Assembly: GCA_963755085.1 (NCBI GenBank)
Contig: CAVWIN010000003.1
Location: forward strand, 234,290 to 298,289
DNA length: 64,000 nt
From: an uncultured Thermoleophilia bacterium
Lineage (GTDB): Bacteria; Actinomycetota; Thermoleophilia; Gaiellales; Gaiellaceae
Direction: 5' to 3'
Positions 59,245 through 64,000 of the stretch are shown here, piece after piece. Each line of letters starts with the position of its first letter. Positions within the stretch are counted from its first letter, which is position 1. Made by a program: the position numbers and the translations under genes. Below the pieces are notes generated by a model, which ran no database searches, was not told the origin of the DNA, and was given only the letters and a program-made list of their open reading frames with translations.

Positions 59245-59400
59245 GGACGCTCCTCTCCGCGGATGACGTACGAGATACCCCGGCGGAGGCATTCGAGGTC
59301 CGGGACCTCTCCGACCTCTGGATCCGTAGAGGTCCGGATGGACCTCGCGGGCACCGGTGGACGTACCTCGGTCCGTGAGGGGCCGTCCTATAGTCGGCGC

Positions 59401-59919
59401 GTGCGGGGGAACGAGCGCGCCTGGATCCGGGGCGCACAGGCCGGCTCGGTGCCGGATCTCGAGCAGCTCTTCCGTGCGCACTGGCCGCGCGCCTACCGCG
59501 CCGCGTACCTCATCGTCCACGACGCCGCCGCGGCCGAGGACATCGCGCAGGAGTCGTTCATCGCGGCCGTGCGCGCGATCGACCGCTTCGACCGGCGCCG
59601 GCCGTTCGGCCCCTGGCTGCACCGCATCGTCGCCAACCGCGCGATCGACTGGGCGCGCGCGCGGACGGCCCGTGCCGAGGTCGAGCTCGGCGAACCGCCC
59701 GCCGCGGCCGTCGACGGGAACCCCGAGCCCGGCGATGCCATGCCCGTCGCGGCCGGGCTGCTCGAGCTCTCGCCGGAGCACCGCGCCGTGATCGTGCTCC
59801 GCTACCTGCTCGACTACAGGCCCGGTGAGATCGCGGAGCTGCTCGAGCTTCCGCGCGGCACCGTCAACTCGCGGCTCCGTCGCGCTCTCGACCAGCTGGG
59901 AGGGCAGCTCGGTGGATGA
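59401..59919 (+). CDS. ECF-type RNA polymerase sigma factor
   Basis: Region 2 (DIAQESFIAAVRAIDRFD...PWLHRIVANRAIDW) and region 4 (LSPEHRAVIVLRYL...EIAELLELPRGTVNSRLRRAL) are recognisable. Confidence 0.85.
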   Translation: MRGNERAWIRGAQAGSVPDLEQLFRAHWPRAYRAAYLIVHDAAAAEDIAQESFIAAVRAIDRFDRRRPFGPWLHRIVANRAIDWARARTARAEVELGEPPAAAVDGNPEPGDAMPVAAGLLELSPEHRAVIVLRYLLDYRPGEIAELLELPRGTVNSRLRRALDQLGGQLGG

Positions 59920-61084
59920 CTCCACCGTCCGCCGCTCGCTCATCTCGGTCGTCGTGCCGGGCGAGCTCGAGGCGCGCCGGCGCGGCTGGACGGTCGTGCG
60001 TGAGGTCTTCGAGGACCAGGAGCCCATCGCGCAGCCGATCTCGCGGCGCTGGCCGATCGCGGTGGCGGCGGCCGCCGCCGTCGTGCTCGCCGCCGCGATC
60101 ACGCCGCCCGGCCGCGCCGTGCTCGGGAGCGTGCGTGACGCGATCGGCCGCGAGAAGGTGGTCGGCGTCAAGAACGCGCAGCCGTCGCTCTTCTCCCTGC
60201 CGGCGAAGGGCCGCGTGCTGGCCGTCTCGACGCGCGGCCCGTGGGTCGTCGACCCCGACGGCTCGAAGCGCCTGCTCGGCTCCTACCGCAGCGCGTCCTG
60301 GTCGCCGTTCGGCACGTACATCGTCGCGACGAAGGCGAACGAGCTCGACACGCTCGAGCCGGGCGGGCGGCTGCACTGGTCGATCGCGAAGCCCGGCATC
60401 ACGGGCGCCCGCTGGGGCGGGAGCCGAACGGACACACGGATCGCGTACCTGAGCGGCGGCGCGCTGCACGTCATCGGCGGCGACGGCAAGGGCGACCGCA
60501 TCCTCGTCCCGCACGCCGCCGCCGTGGCGCCGGCCTGGAAGCCCGGCGACGAGCACGTGCTCGTCTACGCGACTCCGGACGGGCATGTCCGGATCATCGA
60601 CACGGACTCCGGCCACGTCAGCGGCGGCTGGAAGGCTTCGCCGAAGCAGCTGGCCTTCTCGTCCGACGGAAAGCTGCTGCTCGCGCGGAGCCCCGGCGCG
60701 CTCGACGTCTACAACGAGATCGGCTTCCATACCCAACACATCACCGGTGGGCAGTTCGTGGACGCGGCCTGGTCGCCGACCCCGGGCAGGCTCGGCTACG
60801 TCACGTTCGACCCGGCCACGAACCGGAGCACGGTCTGGGCGGCCGACCGCGGCGGCGAGGGCCGGCCGAAGGAACTGTTCGGCGGCGCCGGGCGTATCAG
60901 CAGCGTCACGTGGTCGCCAGACGGGCGCTGGGTGCTCGCGTCGTGGGACAGCGCTGACGAGTGGGTCTTCATCCGCAGCGGCGACGGCGCGACCAAGGTG
61001 GTCGCGCGCTCGTCGATCACGGAGCAGCTCAACGGACACGCCGGCGGGCCGTTCCCCGCAGTCGCCGGCTGGTCGTCGCCCTAG
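59912..61084 (+). CDS. membrane-anchored putative anti-sigma factor with TolB-like (PD40) beta-propeller
   Basis: The GTG overlaps the sigma stop (GTGGATGA). It has one TM segment (WPIAVAAAAAVVLAAAI) followed by WSPDG-type repeats. Confidence 0.6.
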   Translation: MDDSTVRRSLISVVVPGELEARRRGWTVVREVFEDQEPIAQPISRRWPIAVAAAAAVVLAAAITPPGRAVLGSVRDAIGREKVVGVKNAQPSLFSLPAKGRVLAVSTRGPWVVDPDGSKRLLGSYRSASWSPFGTYIVATKANELDTLEPGGRLHWSIAKPGITGARWGGSRTDTRIAYLSGGALHVIGGDGKGDRILVPHAAAVAPAWKPGDEHVLVYATPDGHVRIIDTDSGHVSGGWKASPKQLAFSSDGKLLLARSPGALDVYNEIGFHTQHITGGQFVDAAWSPTPGRLGYVTFDPATNRSTVWAADRGGEGRPKELFGGAGRISSVTWSPDGRWVLASWDSADEWVFIRSGDGATKVVARSSITEQLNGHAGGPFPAVAGWSSP

Positions 61085-61147
61085 TAGCCGAGAGAGGCCT
61101 CAGCGTGCGTACTTGACGGGCCGCTTCGAGCGGAGTAGATCGGCACC

Positions 61148-62380
61148 ATGGCGACCCTTCCCCGTGGCACGGTGACCTTTCTCTTCAGCGACATCGAAGG
61201 ATCTACGCGGTTGCTGACGGATCTCGGACGCGCCTACGAGACGGTCCTCGACGACGAGCGGCGCCTCCTGGCCGAAACCGTCGAGGGCGTCGGCGGGCAC
61301 ATCGTTGACCGCGCCGGCGACGCCATCTTCGCGGTGTTCGAGCGGGCGCAGGACGCCATCGCCGCCGCCGTCGCCGCCCAGCGCGCCATCGCCGCCCACG
61401 CCTGGCCCGCAGGGGTCGAGCTGCGCCTGCGCATGGGGCTCCACTCGGGCGAGCCATTGGTCACCGGCGACGGCTTCGTCGGTCTCTCCGTGCACAAGGC
61501 GGCCCGGATCTGCGCGGCCGGCCATGGCGGCCAGGTGCTCATGTCGAGCACGACGCGGGAGCTGGCCGAGGACGGTCTCCCCGAAGATGTCGTCCTCCTG
61601 GACCTCGGCGATCACATGCTCAAGGACTTCGACCGGCCGGAGCGGCTCACCCAGGTCGTGATCGGATCGCTCCAGGCGGTGCTCCAGCCGATCCGAACGG
61701 TGGACGCACAGCCGGAGGAGACGCCGTTCGCCGGCCAGGAGGAGGAGCTCGCCGTGGCGTCTCAGGCCGCGATCGCGACCGACGCTCCGCCCGTGCCGGC
61801 ACCGGCCGCGCCGGGAGGGCACCAGCTGGTCGACCGGCTGATGGGCTGGCGGGAGACCCGCTCGAGCCGGAGCCGCCGCGGCCAGCGCTCGGCAATGGAG
61901 GCGGCCGGCATGCGCTTGTACGCATCCTCGCGCATCGCGCCGAGCGACGAGCTGCGGACGCAGATGGGGAAGCTCGGCGGGGCGGTCGCCAAGCTGGCCC
62001 GGATCGTAAGTGAGTGCGACAAGCTCCTGGCCGACTGCGACCGCAAGGCGCTGTCACGCGGGCTTGCGGACTCGTACGACGCGCCGGTCTCGGAGCGCGC
62101 TGTGAAGGCGGCTGGGCTGTTGACGCGTCAGATCGAGGCCGTCGACGTGCTCGCCGAGCGCCTGCGCGAGTTCGATCGCGCGAGCCGGAAACTGGAGCCT
62201 CGCCTTGCCGCCCTCTCCGATCGGGCCTTCCAGGCGCGCGTGGATCACTCCGTTCCTCCCGAACTGGCCGAAGACGTGAAGGAGCTGCTCGAGCAGATCG
62301 AGCTGCTCGATGGGAGCCTCGGCGAGGCGCGGGAGACGGTCGCCGCCTTCAGCCGCGGTCCCAGCCTCGGCAGGGCGTGA
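61148..62380 (+). CDS. adenylate/guanylate cyclase-domain protein with helical C-terminal region
   Basis: GTVTFLFSDIEGST, GDAIFAVF, RMGLHSGE and VHKAARI are class III cyclase motifs. I cannot assign the C-terminal ~200 aa. Confidence 0.75.
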   Translation: MATLPRGTVTFLFSDIEGSTRLLTDLGRAYETVLDDERRLLAETVEGVGGHIVDRAGDAIFAVFERAQDAIAAAVAAQRAIAAHAWPAGVELRLRMGLHSGEPLVTGDGFVGLSVHKAARICAAGHGGQVLMSSTTRELAEDGLPEDVVLLDLGDHMLKDFDRPERLTQVVIGSLQAVLQPIRTVDAQPEETPFAGQEEELAVASQAAIATDAPPVPAPAAPGGHQLVDRLMGWRETRSSRSRRGQRSAMEAAGMRLYASSRIAPSDELRTQMGKLGGAVAKLARIVSECDKLLADCDRKALSRGLADSYDAPVSERAVKAAGLLTRQIEAVDVLAERLREFDRASRKLEPRLAALSDRAFQARVDHSVPPELAEDVKELLEQIELLDGSLGEARETVAAFSRGPSLGRA

Positions 62381-62417
62381 CGTCACCGGCTCGTCGTCCC
62401 CGTAGTAGCTTCCGCGC

Positions 62418-62882
62418 GTGCTCCAGGCCGGCGACCACATCCCGCACGTCACCGTCTGGGCGGGCACGCGCGAGCAGGTGACGCTCCGGAAGCTCGCCGA
62501 AGATGGCCCGCTGCTCCTCTTCTTCTACCTCTTCGACTGGTCGTCGACCTGAACGCACGAGCTGGAGCTCCTGCGTGACAGGAGCGCGGACTTCACCGAG
62601 GCGGGCGTGCGGCGGTTCGGGATCTCGCGCGATTCCCCGTGGACGCACATCGCCTGGCAGCAGGTGCTCGACGTCGACTTCCCGCTGCTCTCGGACTTCA
62701 ACGGCGACGCGACGCACGGGTTCGGTGTCGCCTTCGACTACCGCGGCCTGCGCGACGTGTCCGAGCGCACCGCATTCCTGATCGACCAGGGCGGTACGGT
62801 CCGCGGCGCATGGCGCTACGAGTCGAGCGAGGTGCCCGACGTGGACGTGCTCCTCTCGGCGGCGCGGGCTTTGCCGGACTAG
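62418..62882 (+). CDS. AhpE-like 1-Cys peroxiredoxin with in-frame TGA (62550-62552) at the peroxidatic position; candidate selenoprotein
   Basis: A single frame reads LLLFFYLFDWSST-TGA-THELELLRDRSADF...FPLLSDFNG...RTAFLIDQGGTVR. This aligns, from memory, with M. tuberculosis AhpE (FFPLAFTGICQGELDQLRD...FPLLSDF), with the TGA opposite Cys45. Confidence 0.65.
62567..62585 (+). promoter_or_regulatory. candidate bacterial SECIS hairpin
   Basis: GCTCCTG-cgtga-CAGGAGC is a perfect 7-bp stem with a GU-containing loop that begins 24 nt after the U of the TGA. An alternative hairpin lies at 62553-62576. Confidence 0.4.
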
Positions 62883-64000
62883 CGGCGGCGCTCTACCTGG
62901 GCGCGGGCGCGCTGGCGACCTGGCCGGCGCTCCGCCACGCGCACAGCGCCTACCTGGCGCGCGCCGATCCGAGCTACGGCGAGCCCGCCTCAGGCGACCA
63001 CCTCCAGCTCGGCTACGCGATGTGGCTGGTCGGCCATCAACTCGCCCGGCTGGCTGCGCCGTGGCGCGACCCGTACTCGTTCCAGCCGGAGAGCCACCCC
63101 GTGCTCAACCTCCAGGGCTGGCTCTACGGGCTGCCTTACTGGCCGGTAGAGCGCCTCTTCGGAGTGGTCGTCGCCTGGAATTCGGTCGTGCTGCTCTCGT
63201 ACGTCCTCGCCGGCGGGGCGACCTGCTGGTGGCTGCGCTCGCTCGGCCTCCAGCGCGGTGCCGCGCTGCTCGGCGGCCTGGCCTTCGCGCTCGCGCCCTA
63301 CCGCGTCATGCAGTCGACGGGGCACCTGCTCGGGATGATGGCCTTCCTGCTCCCGCTCGCGCTGCTCGGCTTCGAGCGCGGCCGCGACGGCGAGGTCCGC
63401 TGGCTCACGCTCGGCGCTGCGGCGCTCGTCGCCGTCCCGCTCACGGGACAGCTTCACCTCGCGCTCGGCGCGATTCCCTTCGTGCTCGCCTATGCGCTGC
63501 TGCGCGCCCGGGAGCGACCCGCGCGCGCCGGCGCAGTGACGGGCGCCGCCCTCGCGGCGGTGGGCGGCCTCGTCGTCCAGCACGCGGTGATCAGCGGCTC
63601 GGTCGCGTCGGGCGGCCGCTCGCTGGGCGAGGTGGCGGCCTACTCGGCCGACTGGAGCGGCTTCGTGTCGCGCCACGCCGGCCCGCTCGAGGAGTTCACG
63701 CTGCTCGGCTGGCTGACGCCGCTCCTGGCCGTGGCGGGCTTCGCGGTGCTGATAGGGCAGCGCTCGCCCAGGCTTGCCGCGCTGCTCGGGATCGGCGTGA
63801 TCGTGCCGGCCCTGCTCGCGCTCGGCACCAACCTCCCGCTGTACGAGTTCGTGTGGCACCACTTCCCGCCGCTCCGCTACCCGCGCGTCCCGGAGCGGCT
63901 CCTGCCGATCGCCTGCCTCGCGCTCGCCGCGCTGGCCGCGATCGCCGTCGACCAGCTGCGCGCACCCCTGCTCGCCGCACTGGCGCTCGTGGCGGTCACG
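62810..64000 (+). CDS. polytopic membrane protein (glycosyltransferase-C-like?), 3'-partial; start uncertain
   Basis: The open GC3-rich frame runs to the window end and is not in the ORF track because it has no stop. It contains many TM segments (WLRSLGLQRGAALLGGLAFALAPYR...). The ATG at 62810 is the only canonical start, and it overlaps the peroxiredoxin 3' end. Confidence 0.5.
   Translation, partial: MALRVERGARRGRAPLGGAGFAGLAAALYLGAGALATWPALRHAHSAYLARADPSYGEPASGDHLQLGYAMWLVGHQLARLAAPWRDPYSFQPESHPVLNLQGWLYGLPYWPVERLFGVVVAWNSVVLLSYVLAGGATCWWLRSLGLQRGAALLGGLAFALAPYRVMQSTGHLLGMMAFLLPLALLGFERGRDGEVRWLTLGAAALVAVPLTGQLHLALGAIPFVLAYALLRARERPARAGAVTGAALAAVGGLVVQHAVISGSVASGGRSLGEVAAYSADWSGFVSRHAGPLEEFTLLGWLTPLLAVAGFAVLIGQRSPRLAALLGIGVIVPALLALGTNLPLYEFVWHHFPPLRYPRVPERLLPIACLALAALAAIAVDQLRAPLLAALALVAVT

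Noticed and set aside
59245-60171. The upstream 309 codons of the 684-aa ORF 58117-60171.
   Set aside because: This part is antisense to the well-supported ECF sigma and anti-sigma genes. A clean signal peptide begins at ATG 59244.
62550-62552. The TGA in the peroxiredoxin interpreted as just another assembly error or a true truncation.
   Set aside because: I did not adopt this as the primary reading. The frame is preserved across the stop, the codon sits exactly at the catalytic Cys, and a suitable hairpin follows. It remains the main alternative and is listed under would_refute.

Overview
This is a high-GC (about 70%) chromosomal segment of actinobacterial type. The gene order suggests a rod-shaped Thermoleophilia/Rubrobacteria-like Actinomycetota, but that is inference only. 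Most genes are housekeeping genes on the minus strand: rsfS-nadD-obg-rpmA-rplU-rne, rodA-mrdA-mreDCB-maf, recQ, ndk-folC-valS, clpX-clpP-tig, ispH and ileS. Seven single tRNA genes, all on the minus strand, are scattered between them. I call about 70 CDS. The long Arg/Pro/Gly-rich alternative-frame ORFs in the track are GC artefacts. I found no CRISPR array, no transposase or integrase, and no convincing multi-gene defence or otherwise novel operon. The main observations are as follows. (1) An AhpE-like 1-Cys peroxiredoxin gene has an in-frame TGA exactly at the peroxidatic-Cys position, followed by a hairpin, so it is a candidate selenoprotein. (2) A 163-bp MITE-like element with 19-bp terminal inverted repeats and a CTA duplication sits exactly between the rpmA stop and the obg start. 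A second, degenerate copy lies in the rne leader. (3) Two nuclease-type ORFs with atypical codon usage abut tRNA genes: a PD-(D/E)XK ORF that reads in frame through tRNA-Ala, and an HTH plus LAGLIDADG-like ORF just 3' of tRNA-Gly. (4) A 1239-aa multi-GAF histidine kinase has Gln where the phospho-accepting His should be. (5) At least seven single-nucleotide frame disruptions interrupt conserved core genes (rne twice, valS, recQ, maf twice, a methyltransferase). These most likely reflect assembly indels, so every start, stop or pseudogene call here should be treated cautiously. Product calls rest on motif recognition by eye, because no searches could be run.
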